This document shows, piece after piece, positions 1 through 15,931 of a DNA stretch of 64,000 bases (position 1 is the first letter of the stretch; the number at the start of each line of letters is the position of its first letter). The notes under the pieces are model-generated. The model did not search any database. It was not told the origin of the DNA and was given only the letters and a program-made list of their open reading frames with translations. The translations under genes and the position numbers were made by a program. The stretch is from the human T2T-CHM13v2.0 reference genome, Homo sapiens, in NCBI RefSeq assembly GCF_009914755.1, contig NC_060926.1. One strand, 5' to 3'.

Positions 1-706
1 GGAACCATCAAGAAAAAGGACTCCAGAAATCTACTAGGGGTCCCTCTTTGTTACTCGCAAAGGTCTGAATAACAATCTGTGCAGGTACAGGGTAAAACCT
101 AGAAAAAAATAAGACCAAGGAAAACAACTTCCAGGAAATCACAATTTCCAGAGAGCTGTAAACCAAACAATTTCCAGAGCCCTCACAAAGCCAGGAATCA
201 CCTGAGTTCCTATCAGTCAAAGGAGGAAAGGTTTCACTGAATCCACAAGGCATTCAGTAGAGACCCCAAAAAGGTTATTCTTTAATAGTGTGGCTCATCT
301 AGTCCCAGAGAAAAGACTCCTTTAGACCTGCCTTTAAAAAGCTTAAAAACAAGTCTGGAAAATATCAACTGATCTATAAAGAACTGTCTGGCAGAACAAA
401 GTCCAACCCTGCTTGAAAGAGTACAAAACAATCAAGCATCAACAATGTAAAATTCATGATGTTCTGATCTCTAATAAAAAATCAGATATGCAAAGAAGCA
501 GGAAGATGTGACCCAGAAATAAGAGAAAAATAGTCAATAGAAACAGACCCAGAAATGCCAGAGATTATGGAATTAGCAAAGGCATTTAAATACCTGTTAA
601 AATATGTAAAATATGCTCAAGATTTAAAGGAGAAACATAATGATGAGAAAAATGGGAAAAATTTTTTTAAAACCAAGTAGAATATCTCGAGATGAAAAAT
701 ATAGGG

Positions 707-1103
<397 letters not shown>

Positions 1104-1361
1104 TCAAAATAAAGCACTGTAACCAAAAAAAGACTGAAAAGAGCCTCAGCTACCTGCAGAACAATGTAAATTAAGACTAACATATGTGCAGTTGGAGTTC
1201 AAAAAGAGAGGATAGGGTAGCAAAAATAATATTTGAAGCAATAATGTCAATCTTTCCAAATTTGAGAAAATTTATAAACACGCAGATCCAAGGAGCTCTA
1301 TAAACACAAAGGAAACTACACAAAGGCACATCAAAATCAACTTGTTGAAAGTCAGGAATGA

Positions 1362-1778
<417 letters not shown>

Positions 1779-1839
1779 TAAGGTGCTAAAAGAAACAGGA
1801 AAACAAAACAATGAAAAAAACCCCACACTTCAGTAAATA

Positions 1840-2630
1840 TGCATTTCTTTTCTGAAAGATATAATCACTTCTCACTGCCTCCACCAAACATGCCCCGGTC
1901 CAAATCATCATCATCTCTCACCTGGAATATTTCAAAAGCCTGCTAATGAGTCCCCACACTTCTATATTTCCCCCGTACAGTTTTTTTTGAACAGCAATGA
2001 GTGGTCTTAGAAATCAGATCATGTTATGCCTCTTTTGTCTCCCTGCTTTTTTTAACCTAAGTTTTGCCTCAGGATCTAATCATGCTTCTTCTCAAAATCC
2101 TCCCGTGGCTCCCCATTTCACTCAGAGTAAAACCCAAAGGTCTTGCCGTGGCCTGGAGACCCTGCATGACCTAGTCTCTGGCTACTGCTCTGAGCTCACA
2201 TTCTAACTCCCACTTGCCCCTCCTCCAAACACTATTCCAGACACACTGGCTTCCTTGCGGCTCCTCCAGCAAACCCTGCAAGCTCCTCCTAAGGGACCCT
2301 GGCACTGGCTGGAGCCCTCTTCCTCCAGGCAGCCACATGGCTCACTCCCTTACCTCATTCCAAGCCTCCACTCAGGGGTCACATCATCCAAGAGACCCTT
2401 TCAGACCACCCTACTTCCATCACTTTATTCTTACCCTGGTTTTGTTCTTTTTGCAGCATTTACCACCACCTGACATTTATTTGTATGTTTATTTTCTATC
2501 TCCCCCAACTAGAATGTTAGCTCCATAAGCTAGGGACTTTGTCTACTTGTTCACTGCTGTATCCCTGGGGATTTTCAGTTGCTGGCACATAGTGGAGCGC
2601 TCAAGAAATATTTGTTGAATAAATGGATCA
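1840..2630 (+). mobile_element. L2 3' fragment
   Basis: L2 3'-end motifs, ending tggcacatagtggagcgctcaagaaatatttgttgaataaatg. Confidence 0.75.
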
Positions 2631-3542
2631 ATGGGAATCATGTTTTCTGGATGCCAAATTAGAATACAGGGCCTGCTAACTGTTCTGGAAAGTATGACGT
2701 GTGAAATCAGTATTACCCCCTACCCCACACGGCACCATATTTTTCTGGAGCTCTCCAGTTCTAGACTCGTTGACACATAAAAATATTTTGGTGCTAGTCC
2801 TGGGGAAGGCAGATTATTGGTTTAAGATTCAGTTCTAGCCACAGGCTGCACTGTGCATAAATCTAGGGGACTACATGGAGTTCTGAATGACATGTGTCTC
2901 ACTACAGTGGCATTACAGAGAAAGCCTGGAAACATTACAAGGGAGTAGAGCCAGGGCCTTGTAGATACTGGCTCATTCAATCCTGCAACCCAGAGGAGCT
3001 GGGCCTCCTCCTGAAGGGCCTGCATCACCTCCTTCCTTCTTGTTTGGCCCTGGGGACGACCGGTGGTGGGGAGGTGGGGGGAAGGTCAGGAACTGAGATA
3101 GAATTTATCAGCGTGCTGGCTCCGAGTCTGCAGCTAGGATGCCCTTTAGCCACAAACAGCTATAAAAGAATAAGCTTTATGGAAAAACATTAAAAAAGAA
3201 ATAAAGCAAGAATGTAGATGGAAGTGAAGGGGACTCTAGGGACAAAAATGCTATGAATTAAGGTCATTGCCACACACCAACCTCTGCTGCACCCCCGCCT
3301 CCACCAATGGTAGTGCCTTTCCCACCTGCAGGGCACAGGGGGCTGCCCTCAGCAATCTCCGAGCAGTGAGGGGAGGGCTGCCCTGCTGAGCCCAGCTTTG
3401 GAGGAGGGGTATCCTCCTCCAGCCTCAGCCTGCTTCATTCCCCACTTCCTTTGTGGCTGCAGCATCTTCAACTGCCTTCCCCCCATTATGAGACATGCCC
3501 ACAAATCTCCAGATGCATTGTTAGAAACCCTGGGGCCCTGTA

Positions 3543-3943
<401 letters not shown>

Positions 3944-5189
3944 TCAGCAGAGGTCTTGTTGAGTCTTGTTGAGTGCCGATAACCAAATTCTGTCTTTGGC
4001 TCCTGAAAATATCTCTTACCCCTTTTCTTTTGCTCCTTTCCAAAGGCCACATGATCCCCCAGTTCCTATCCCTAGTCCCCTCTACCCAATTCATCCTGCC
4101 ACAAATATTCAGCATCCTGGGCTGCCATATAAACAAATGAACAAACATTTACTGGTTCTCAGGCTATGCAAGGGTCCTCCCCATGACCCTGTGAGGTAGA
4201 CCTCATTGCAAGAGTATATAGCTCTTCAGTCCAATGTGACGAATTCTGCTCTTTGTTTAAAGTGTGAACACCAGTAGCTATAAAATAAAATTATAACGCA
4301 TAGATTATGAACCACTTAGAGCGCGTAAAGAAACAAGTCATGTTGGCAGTCCTCTTGAATAAGTTTGGAATCATATAGCAGTTCAGAGCTGAATATACAA
4401 ACTAAGCACATATTCCTCAGTGATTTATCACTGATAGAGATATATAAGCTGTTTTTTTTGGTGGGGTGGGGGGGCACCCAGGATCTCACTCTGTCACCCA
4501 GGCAGAAGTACAGTGGTAAGCTCTTGATAAAGTGAGGGGACAGTTGATAATGGCCTGATTTAATGTTTGAGGTGAACAGCCAAAACAAGGGACTTCACAA
4601 TTATCTGGTTGTTTGAAGGTAGTTCTAGAGACTAACAGTTTAGACTAACGAGGTTGCCTGACTTAACGGCATAACTATATAGTGACTAAAGTGCCAGAAT
4701 CTTCTTCTAAAATAGTCATGATCACATTACACCCCTGTTCAAGAACTCCAGTGGTTTCCTGTTGCCCCCATACCAAGTTTAAATGTTTCCACCTGGCTTT
4801 CAAAGCCCTCCAATATGACCTTAACCTATTGAAGCAGTTTCACCTGTCATTGTTCCTTAACTTGCTTAAGGCAGGCTGGTCCTGACCTCACTCACACTGT
4901 TCTTTCAAACCTGCCTACCCTGCAACCTGAGAGGTGGCATCAGACATACTGGAAAGAACAAAAGATCTGGGGTCAGAGAACTCAGCTCAGGGTTTAGCTT
5001 TGCCACTTACATGTGAACTCAGCCAGATTATCTATTAATAAAAATATAAGCCCACATTAAAGTGCTTATGAAATACCAGGGCCAGACTAAGTACCTGCAT
5101 TCATTGTCTCATATAATTCTCCCAACCACCACATGATACAGGTGTTATTATGATTCCCATTTTATAAATGTTAAAATGGAAGCTTTGGA

Positions 5190-8120
5190 AGTTCATCTAT
5201 TCAACAAACACAAGGTACTGTGCTAGGCAATGGGAATATAATAGTGGACAAGAGAGACAAGAACCCTGTTCTCATGGAGCAGGGAGTGAGCAGAGGTCAG
5301 GGAACAAACAAACACATAAACACGTTATTTGCTCATGAACAGGATGATTTCCAAAAACGGTACATGTTCTAAGGACAATAAGGCAGAATAGTGTGAGGGA
5401 CAGTGACTAGGGGTTAGTGGGGGACACTACTGTAATCAGGGGGACCAGGGAAGGCTCCTCAAGGGTGACATTTTAGCTTTAGATATGAGGCTTGAATGTG
5501 GTTAAGAGAAGTCAGCCATGCCGTGACTCACAGAGCAGTGCGCCAGGCAGCAGGAACAGCAAGTGTTAAGTGCCCAGAAGTCTGATCTGGGTAAGTCCAG
5601 CGTGGCTGTAGTGCATTGAGTGAAGGGGAAAGCAGTGCCAGTGAGGCTAAGAGGGGTCAGGGCCAAATTATGCAGGGCCTTGAGTGTCATGGTGAAGAGT
5701 CAGATTTTTTGCAACAGGAAGTCACTGAAGGATTTCAAACAAGCAAAGGACTTGGCCTGACTTCCGCTTTTAAAGATCTCTTTGGCTGTGTGTGAAGAAC
5801 AGGCTGTCAAGGAGCATAGAGAAAGCTGGGGGATTGGTTAGAACGCTAACTTAGTTGCCCCAGCAAGAAATGATGGTGACAGCTGGAGTAGACTGGTCGT
5901 GATGGGCAGCGAGACAAGTGGATGGAATCAGAATGTATTATGCGGATTGAGCTGACAAGAGTTGATGATGAATTGGATATGAAAGTTTAGGAAAAAAAGA
6001 GGAATCAGGACAACTCTTTATATGGATGACATTTATTGATATGAAGACTCATGGAGCAGTGTACCAAGGAGCAGGAACAGCTTGTGAGGGGAACAGTCAA
6101 GAGTGGGATATAGCAGGAATCAGGAGTTCTATTTTGGGCTTTTAAAAGTTTTGATACATATTGAATATCCATGTGGAGATGTCAAGTGGGCAGTTGGACC
6201 CATGGTTCTGAAGCTTAGTGTAGAAGATGGGTTATTCATCAATAGATAAATGGGTTTAAAGCCAAAGGGTGTGAGGGGGATCAGAGTATGCCATCCCCAA
6301 ATATGTCACTTTAGCACAAGGATTGTTTTGAGCTGCAGGCAATTTGGAAGCAGCAGATGCAAAGAAAGCTCCTTATCCTCCCCTATCTGCCTAAAGGCAG
6401 GACATAAATTTCCCTTTGCCAAGGTGTCCTCCTTACCCTCTCTGTACTCTTAATCACTGGGGACCCCACTGTCACTCTAGAGATTTTACAAGATTGAGTC
6501 TGCATAACAAACCTTACTAAAACCAAAGCTTATTCTCCATTAGTTTCCCTCCTATATTTATCTTCCCATAATTTACCACTTCTAGAAGTCCAAACTCCTT
6601 TTATCTCATCATTACTTCACAATTTATCACTCTTTGTTAAAATGGTATACAACTTCTTTTTAGGTAATTCCTTTTCTATGAAGGCCTCCATATGTATATG
6701 CAATAAATCTTTTCTCCTATTAATCTGTCTTTTAATTCAGGGCCCTAGCGGCTGAAAATAAGAAAATGTAGGGGAAAAGCTTTTCCTCTACAGGTGAGAG
6801 ATTGTTTGGAGACAGTCCAGAGTGAGGACTGAGCATGGGGCCCTCTCATACTGAAAGGTCACATAGAGATCCAGCAAAAAGGACCAAGGAAAGCAGCCAG
6901 TGAGGATCAAGGACAGCATGATGTTCTGGAAGCCAAGAGAAAAGAGGAGTTTGAGGATAAATGGTCAGCCATGTCAAATGTTGCTGAGATGCTGAGGACA
7001 GGCAAGTCATCACTGGATTTTTTTAGGAAGGGGGCCACTAGGGACCTTACAATAACGTAGTCACTGGAAAGGTGGGGCTGGACTCCTGATTGAGGTGGAT
7101 CCAGGGGAGAAGGGCAGGTGAGGGAGAGGTTGACTACTCTTCTCAGAAGCTTTCCTGTAAAGGAGGGCAGAGAAATGGGAAAGTAGCAGGAGGGTGATGC
7201 AGGGTCTATTAAGAAGGAAGAATATACATGTTTGCATACCGATGGAGTATAAATTAACAATGCATGGGGAGTGGGTAATGACAGGAACTAAGCCCTGGAG
7301 GAAGTTAGAGGAAGTGAGACCCAGTGAAGCTGGCATTTGTAAGTGGGCACTTCATCCACTGCCACAGGAGAGAAAGCAGCTCCACATGGTGGGTGGATTT
7401 AGGGGTGTGAAGATTACTTCTGATTACTTTTATTACCTCAATGGAGTGTGAAAGAAAGGTAGTTAGCAGAGAGTGAGGGGAATGGGAGGCTAAAGATGGA
7501 AGAGGGAGGATAAGTGGTGGACACAGTAGGAAGTACAGTGGGATGTGGGGGGTGCTGCCAGTGTGGAGTGTCCAGCTGGTACTCAGGGTCACCAATTTAA
7601 AGTTGGACCAGTCAGCATCTCTGCATAGTTTGTTAGCCATATTCAGCTGCTTGAGGGCAGATGAAGAATACGTGGGAAGTTGGTATTTTGATAGGGGTAC
7701 AACATAGGGAGAGAGGGGCAAGGAAGTTAAGGGTCTCTGAAAAGGGAATGAATCCAAGCTGAGTTAAAAAAGAAATGCAGGCTCAAAGAAGATGGTGGAA
7801 AAATAAGAGTGGGAGTGTAAAGGACCTGTAGGTCTTACAGCCAAAGGATTATGATCTCACCCAAACAGGGTGATATCAGAGGATGGGAGCTGGAAGCATG
7901 GGAGGTGGTGGTCAGAGGTGAGATGTTTAGAGTCAAAAACTTTGAAGGTAATGCAGTTACTAGTAATAGCAAGGACATACATAGATAGAACCAAATGACC
8001 TGCTGGGGTGGGATGGAAAGAAATATGGTTATAGATGAGATGGTTAAGGAGCCCAGTTCTTGGATGCATCATCTGTGGGAGGCTGGAGAAGGCTGGAGAG
8101 GAACTCAGTGAGGCAGACTT
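5190..8120 (-). mobile_element. Long L2 fragment (antisense), interrupted by an LTR
   Basis: Begins with L2 3' signature tcatctattcaacaaaca...tgtgctaggc; purine-rich decayed L2 body; boundaries approximate. Confidence 0.7.
6272..6792 (+). mobile_element. ERV1 solo LTR, MER34-like
   Basis: TG...CA termini, 4-bp TSD GGTG on both sides, cagagtatgccatccccaaatatg start motif, AATAAA in the 3' part. Confidence 0.75.
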
Positions 8121-8167
8121 CAGTGAATGGGCAGGAGATGCATGCTGGCAACCCCAATGACAGAGCT

Positions 8168-8554
8168 TGCTATGGTTTGAATGTCTCCTCCAAAACTTAC
8201 GTTGAAATCCAATGGCTATTGTAAGACTTTTAAGAGGTGAGAACTTTAAGAGGTGATTGGATCATGTGGGTTCTGTTCTCATGAATGGATTAATGTCATC
8301 ATCACTGGAGTGGGTTGGTTATTGCGGGAGTGGGCTCCTGATAAAAGGATGAGTTTGGGCTGATTCTGTCCTGCACTTGCTCACCATGTGATGCCTTCCA
8401 CATGGATGACTCTTGCCAGATGCCAGAGCCCTCTATCATAAACTTCCCAGCCTCCAGAATGGTGAGTGAAATCAACTTTTTTTTGTTTGTTTTTTTTTAA
8501 TAAATTACCCAGTCTGTGATATTCTGTTATGGAAGCAGAAAACAGACCAAGACA
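8168..8554 (+). mobile_element. ERVL-MaLR solo LTR (MST family)
   Basis: tgctatggtttgaatgt start; taaattacccagtctgtgatattctgttat...accaagaca end. Confidence 0.85.
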
Positions 8555-11500
8555 AGCTAAAATTCATACCCAAGACCAGGGCCCCCAGCATTCTCTCCCT
8601 AACCACTACATTGTACTGCAAATTGTCACTTGGCAATGCAGATTTCTTCATTCTTAAAATGGATACATGAATAATGCATACCTGCCCGGCTGAACAATGC
8701 ACATCAAGGAGCTTTGTAAGGCAATTTCCGTATGTTAGGCATACAATCCAATCTCTGCTTGACTGCACCAAGAGGCCCGAACAACTCCAATCAGTACAGG
8801 TGTATGACCCACTTCAGCTCTTGTTATATACTCTGCTGAACTGCCTTCTGGGTCATGTATATTGCTCACTAATTTGATGTTAGGAACTGAGATGCCTTAG
8901 GGATTCGGGGACTGTGAAGGTAGAAACGGCAGTAAGGTGGACTTCATGCAGCTGCTGGGTTCCTGACATTGGTTACAAGTTACATCTCTCTTTAAATATA
9001 ATGGGGTATGTTGCTGCTTACAGGAGCTTTGGAATGAATCCCTTTGAGAAGCAAAGCCTTCTTTTACAAAGCAGGTCATCATCTGATCATCATATTTTAC
9101 TTTTTATAAAACAGGTGCCTAGGTAGAGTTGGGAATCTTGGAAACGGCCATTCATTCAAATTTACATTGATTCCGAAAATATTTCTGTAGCCCCTCCCAT
9201 GTGCCATGCCCTGTGCCAGGCACTGGAGACATGGAGGGGAATGGAGGAGATAGCGTTCTCATCTTCCAGGAACCCAGAATCTGGCAAGAGAAGCAGATGC
9301 TAAGCACACAGTCACACAAGTGATTCCATGCCAAACCAGCAGGAAGTGTGGGGAGTGACAAAGAGGGTGCTGGCAGGGGCAGGCCCTGCAGTCCCACTTC
9401 TGCACTGACACAGGCAAGGACCTCTTCCCTGCCTGCCACTGAGGCTGCCAGACCTTCAGAATTAGCTCCCATGCAATCTCAGCTTTCTTTCCCGACCTTC
9501 CATTTTAGAAGAGAACCCAGCAATCCAAACCTGCATGGCCTCCAAAATGCACCCCGCCCCTAGGAAATGCCAACACACTCAGCACAGGCAGAGGCCCGTG
9601 CCTACCTTTCCCCCTCGCACCTGGGCTGTCCCTGCAGAATTCCTGGCAGGTCCTGGTGTTAGCAGCTAAACAGGCTCACACGAGGCGCTCAGAATTCAGA
9701 ACACTTGGCAGCAGGGAAGAGGATCATGGCCATTTGGAAAGGATTAGAGAGGAGTCACGCGGAGTGCGATTCGGAGTTTGCGTTTATCTCAACTGAAACT
9801 TTCCAGAAAGCTAGGACAACTGATTCCAATAAAAGCTTCCCCAAGTATTTTTGGAGGCATTGTGATGGTGCTGGGCCGTGTGGGTGGGGGTGGCTTTTCC
9901 TGGTTTGTGGAATTGCATTTCATTACTGATTAAACTTCCGTCAAATGTGTGAAGCAACCTCCAGTTTCTAAGGAATGTGTCCTGGGCAGGTGAAGAGAAA
10001 AGGCAGAACCACTGGACTGAGAGGTGGAATTGAGCAGGGCCTCTTTATGGCTAAGAGATGTGGCCAAGGCCAGGGCCAGATAGGAAATCTGAGTCAGTGG
10101 GAAAACTAGGACCAGAAGCCCCCCTAGTTCAGAACTGAACTTTTCCTACTGCTTTCTGAGGGTAACAAGGGCTGAGGCTTAGAATTGTCTAGTTTGGTTT
10201 CAGTCCAGGGCAGGGTCAGGATAAGGACCCAGCTGACTCAGAGAGCCATGGAAACGCACTGCCAGGGAGGGGAGCTCCAGAATGAGCTGGCTGCCCTGCT
10301 GCACACCTGCCAGCCACTGAGAGAGCATTAAAGCAACGGCCCAGCAGAGGGGCTCATGCACAGCCAGCCCCTCCAGCTGTAGGAGTGGGGAGCCCAGCAG
10401 GGAGGCCCTGGGAGGTTCTGGAAACGTGGTCTGGGCCCAGCTTGCTCAGTTTTTATTTTTTGTTGTTAATTTCCAGCAGTCCAGGGTTTTCAGTTACTCA
10501 TTCATTCCATCCACTCAACATATGTTGATTAATCACCTACTTTGTGCCAAGTATTATGCTCCATGATTGACAGAAATTACCTCTTTGCTGCACTTCGAAG
10601 TAGTCATTCAATGCATAGCTGCTGCCATGATGGTTATTATCATGTTATTAATTGTAACAGTGACAAGCACTACTAAGATGTAGCTTCTGAGGTGGAGAAA
10701 GAAGAAACTACGTTTTCTGCATACCTACTATGTGCTGGGCCCTGGGCCAGCTTTAGACACATCTTAACCCACTGAACGGTGGCTTACTTCGCAGATGGGG
10801 AAGCTGGCATAGAAACAAATGATTGGCACAGGTCTGAGGGCAGTAAGAGGGACTTCACAGTAGGTCCCTCTCTAGTGGCACCATTTGAGCTGGATCTTGA
10901 AGACTGATTTCACCTGGTAGAAAACAGGGAGGAAGGGAAGGGCATTCCAGGTGGAGAGTACAGCATATGTAACAGCCTAGAGGCTTAAAGTGCGAGGTAA
11001 GGGGGACAGAAGTTAAGGGTGGCTAGAGAAGAGAGTAGCACTGGCAGGCGCTTGGTGCAAGGTCTAGGCAGGGTCTGTTTCAGGACATGACCTTAGGCAG
11101 AGTCTCCCTCAAGCCAACCACCCTTCAGGAGGCGAGTTCTGAGCTGGCTATGTCCCCAGGCTTTCCTTGCTGGTGTGCTTAAGGGAGGCCCTCCTGTTTT
11201 TTTGGTTTTCTGTCCCGCCTGTCCATGCCCACTGCAGCTGTTTCCAGTGCAAGGCTGAGGGTTCTCAGGTCTGGGCGGGAGCTCGGTCCTCTTCAACAAG
11301 TTCCCAGAGTTCTGGTGAGCTCTGTGGGAAGCACGTGCTCTACCCTCTCCGATCTGGTTGGCAGCCTCCTTCACAGAGAGGTACTAGGTGGCGAAGGATG
11401 GGAAGCAGGCAGCCCTCGCTTTAGTGTAGCCACTGACACTGCCAGAAGCACAGCACAGCCAAATCCCAGAGTCCCCAAACTGTGCTTCAGCTCTCACTGA

Positions 11501-12739
11501 TGCCTCCTCATCCTCCTCCTCCACCCACACAACCCTGCAGACCCCAGGCTGGGCTATGGTTCTTCCCCCTCTGTGGAACTGCACAATTCAGAGACAGCAG
11601 AGATCTTGAGCAGTCAGGAGCCGTGGATCCTCTATTCTGCCATTGACTGACTTGCTGTGTGATGCCAAGAAAGTTGCTTAACCTCTCTGAGCCTGTCATC
11701 TGTGAAATGGGATATAATTTTCTTTGCTGTCCTAGGATTTTTGGGAGCTTACTGAGTAAACACAGATAAAAACACAGTGAACTGGCAAACATGACATGTG
11801 GCAGGGAGGGGAGTCAATCAGGGAGACCAACAATGCCTCAGTTATCCCCCTCACTCCCCAGAACAAAGGCATTGGCTGCTGGCATGATGGAGAGTTTGGA
11901 AAGGGGAGATACTGGTGGGCTCTGTGGCCTCCCCTGGCCCCAGATCCTGTCCTGCTCCGGGAGGCTTCTGCCTGGGAAGGGGGTCCCGGTGCTTCCTCCA
12001 CCCACCAGGGAGTCATGGTAGCCCTGGGGTGCAGGGAGCAGCAGCCTGGCACCCACACATGGGGCTATTTGCTGCAGTGCCTTCCTTCAGCGACCTTCAC
12101 CCAGCAGCCATGACACTGGACCCACCTCAGAGAAGTGTGGCGGGACCTGGCCTCAGCCAGCATCTGGCTTCCCTGCTACTCTTCAACTCCATGACCTCCT
12201 CCTCAGCCTAAGCACTGCCAAGAGGCCTCAGCACACCTGGAAACAAGGAGGGTGGCCAGGATTGTGGCTGCCCAGGGCTCTGCTCCGGGTGTGGGGGGCA
12301 GAGAAGCACTGGATGTCACTGGTCTAACTCACCACTCAATCATTCATTCAGTTATCCACCAATTACATCCTTGACAATGATTAAAGAGCACTGCGCCTAT
12401 GAGGGATGATTAAGATATTCTAGTTGAGGACCCAAAGAAAATGCATTTTCAAAAGTACCCTTCCAGGCTGGTTATGTAACAGCATAGGACACAACACACC
12501 CGAGAGGCAGTGACCAACCAGAGTGCAGCAGGTGCCACACAGCAGGGGGGCTGAGGCCCAGAGGACTGGACCATGCACAGGGTGGTGTGGCCGGGTGAGC
12601 TACAGGGAAGGAAATGTGCCTTGGCCTCCCCTCCTTCACAGAGAGGCAGGGCAGGGCTCACCAACAGGGTTGCCGAGATCTGGGGAGCAGATGCTACTCA
12701 TGGTTACCAGGCACTGCACCCATGGGTTAGAGCCTTCAG

Positions 12740-13130
12740 TCTTTAAAGTAACCCCATGGGGTAAGAACCATCATGGTCTTCACTTTAGAGAGGAGGCAAC
12801 TGAGGCAAGGAGAAGTATATCCACTCACCAGAACCACACAGTTTGAATACTTAAGAATTAGGACGTGAATCCAGGCAAGCAGGCTGGCTGCAGTGCTGGT
12901 GTGTTTAGAGTCGACACTAAACTATACTGGAAGGAAGGATATGAGCCAATAGTCTTCCCAGATATAAGAACATCTGAGCTAAGAAGGGGCTCAAAGGACC
13001 TTGGGCATTCCCTTCTTTTAGTAAGGGAGAAACTGAGGCACTGAATGGTGATATGTCCTGCCTAAAGCCACGCAGCCAGTTAGTGGCAGAGCCAGGTCTA
13101 GACTCCTAGTGCCTGACTCACCGCTGTTCT
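12740..13130 (-). mobile_element. MIR fragments
   Basis: MIR core motifs (gaggcaactgaggc, gaaactgaggcac...gttagtggcagagccagg). Confidence 0.6.
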
Positions 13131-13139
13131 CTCTACCCT

Positions 13140-13287
13140 AGCGACTCCAAGTGCATCAGCATAGGCATTGCCAGGAGCTCATGAGGAATGCAGACTGTCA
13201 GGTCCCACCCCAGACCTACTCAACAGAAACTACTTGGTAAGCAGATTCCCAGGTGGTTCCAGGCACCTTACAGTTTGAAAAGCACTG
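13140..13287. mobile_element. MER5A-like hAT-Charlie DNA transposon
   Basis: gaatgcaga...ccccagacctact...agtttgaaaagcactg motifs. Confidence 0.65.
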
Positions 13288-15931
13288 CTGCATGCTATCC
13301 TACCTTCCTGGTCTGTAACATCTGTTGCTGTTGAGTATAAAGACACTGTGAACATTGTAAAATCTGCAATTACAAGATTCTGGATGCTTCATCCTGAGGT
13401 CACCTTGGAATGAGATCCTCTGGGATCTGGAGGAAGCAGATGGAGGAGAAACCCCAGGGCTCAATTTTTCTAAGGGCCCAGGCACACCAGTTACCACTGA
13501 CCTGCTAGTAAGCCAGGAACTTAGCCCCATGTTGGGGGTTGGCCAAGCGCAGGGAGGAGGCAGCACTCACAAGACAGAGTCCGGAGCATTCTCCACCACA
13601 GCCAGTGGCCACTTGGAGAGGGGACCTAGAGTCCCCTGGTAGGTGGCTAGGGAATGGCAGGGTTTGGGGTAGAACTTCCTGGGGCCAGAGTCTCATAGCA
13701 GTGGTAGCCAAGAGTTGGCTTAGGGTGAGAGCCAAGGGGCTTCAGTACCCTTCTTCATTCTCTACCAGCACCTCCCCAACCTCCTGGAAACTGCTGTGCT
13801 TCCTGCAGTTTCAAGCCCCTCCACCCCCTGTTCCTCACCAACTCTCCCCGTGTAGAAACTCTGCAGAGAGTATGACCGTGTCTCTTAAAAAAACTTTGGT
13901 GAGGATCAGAGGCTGGACTCTGCCCAAAGCACCCACCTTGGGCTCCACACACTTTCCGGATTGCTGGCTGGTGGCCCCATGCAGAGCCCCCGACCCCGGA
14001 AAGTCAGTGGAACTGGACGGAAAAAATGGAAGGGCCAGAAAACTTGGGGAGGACTCCAGAGCTGGGGGTGACACAGGAATAGACCAACGGCCTTTTGTTG
14101 TTTCCAAGATCCTCTGAATCTGAGGCAGCCAAACAAGGCATGGGAGTGCTGCTCCAGGTGTCAGGGATGGGTACACTTACTGAACACTTACCCAAGGCTA
14201 CCACCACCATCTCCAGATCAAGCAGGAGTTTTTACCCAAAGCCCCCTCACAAGTCACTCAGCCTGCCTTCTGCTCCTCAGATACCCACCCTTCTCTCCAG
14301 CTCCTCCCCTCTGTGCGTAGCGCAACACTCACCCCTTCTGGGAAGCCTTGGTGCCCTCTCAGAACTGTACTGGATTCTCTACTTGTCTATGTGAGCAGTG
14401 TGTGTGTGTGTCTGTGTGTGCTGTTTGTGTGAGAATTATGTGTGTAAGAAAGGGTGTGGGAGAGTGAGAGAGATACACCTACCTTTGGCAATATTGATGT
14501 AACTCTTCTAGGGAGGATGAGAGCTCAAGCTCTCAGGGAATCCCCCTTTGACTTGCTGGGTAACTTGGGCAACCTCTCCTCCTCTCTGAGCCTTGTGTAA
14601 AATGAGGAACAAGGGTAAATTCACCCGCTTTGGGCTGGTCTTGGAGATGCTCTAGGGCTCTTCAGAGAAGACTTCAGGGAGCGGGCGGCAACTGAGGAAA
14701 GGCCCACTGGTCCGGACTCCAGCCCCCACCCCTAATTACAGCAGCTCTGCTCCTATTTGCTATAATGGGCTGATTGTTGGCTTTTGTTGACAAAATGGTC
14801 TACATGCCTGGGGAAAGTTATGAAGGATCTTTGTGGTGCTTCCAGCTAGAATACTCTAGGAGTGTACCTTTGCTCCATTCGGCACAATTCTGAGCTGTTC
14901 GACGCGGAGGCCCTTGGGCATAGTCAAGACTGAGTGGAAATATGTTCTCTCTCAGCTGGCTTGGCCCAGGAATAGCGGCAGACCATTCCTGGGAGTCCAG
15001 GGGAGAGCAGGGGGATCCAGGTACCTTTCTTGTCTCAGTTTTTGATGGCCTGGCAGTGCCCCCACCTGTTTTTTCTTCTTACCTTTCTCCACTCTCCCAG
15101 AACTTCCCAAAGGAAGCTGCTCTCATTAAAACAAGGGAGGTTGAAGATCCTAACGCCACAGGCTTGTTCGGGAGGCAGCTCACCTCCTGGAACTGAGTGC
15201 AGTCCTGGAGAAAACCAAGTGGATGTGCGGCCCCTTTCCATGGAGCAATTAGGTGGATAACTGTCCAGTCGCTCCTAGGCTTTGTAGAGGCATAGGCTCA
15301 GATACAAAGAGACCAGACAGTCTCTCGCTCCAAAGGGGCTGGCCACAAGCACCATGAAGACAGCAGTACCCACTGACTCAGCAATTTCACCAGCTGGAAG
15401 TCATCCCAAGGAGATATCACAGAAAGAAAAGGCCATCTTGCGTAAAGATGATCACTGTGTCATTACTCAAAATAGCCCCAAACTGGGAAACACCCAGCTA
15501 TCCAGCAATAGGGGTAGTGAATTACAGAACATCAACTAGATGGAATATTATGCACCCACTAAAATTAGACTACGTGAAAACACAGAAACAACATCAGTAA
15601 TAAAATGTTAATAAAACAGAAGCAGCTCAGTACACATCAGTTAGTTTCCTTTCTTTTTCCTACAAAAGGCATGACAAGGAACTGCAGGGGAACGTGCAGA
15701 CATGAAGAGTTGTGTTAGTGCAGTGGTATCATGAATGACTTGTTCTCTTATTCATATAATAAATATTGTTTACTATGGGCTAGGTCTGATGCTGGGTGCT
15801 GAGGATGGAGCAGTGAATGGTAATACATTTCCTGCTCTCCACCCAGAGTTTCAAATTTAAGGAGATATTTTCTTCCTAAATGTCCTTCAAAGCTGTCACA
15901 GCATCATCTTTCAATAAAAAATAGTTGATGA

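Noticed and set aside
10863-11396. CTCF-like motifs (ctctctagtggc, tactaggtggcg)
   Set aside because: Only partial matches to the core consensus; not supportable without ChIP data.
13539-14117. 192-aa ORF in intron 1
   Set aside because: Non-ATG start, no recognisable homology or exon signals; consistent with chance.
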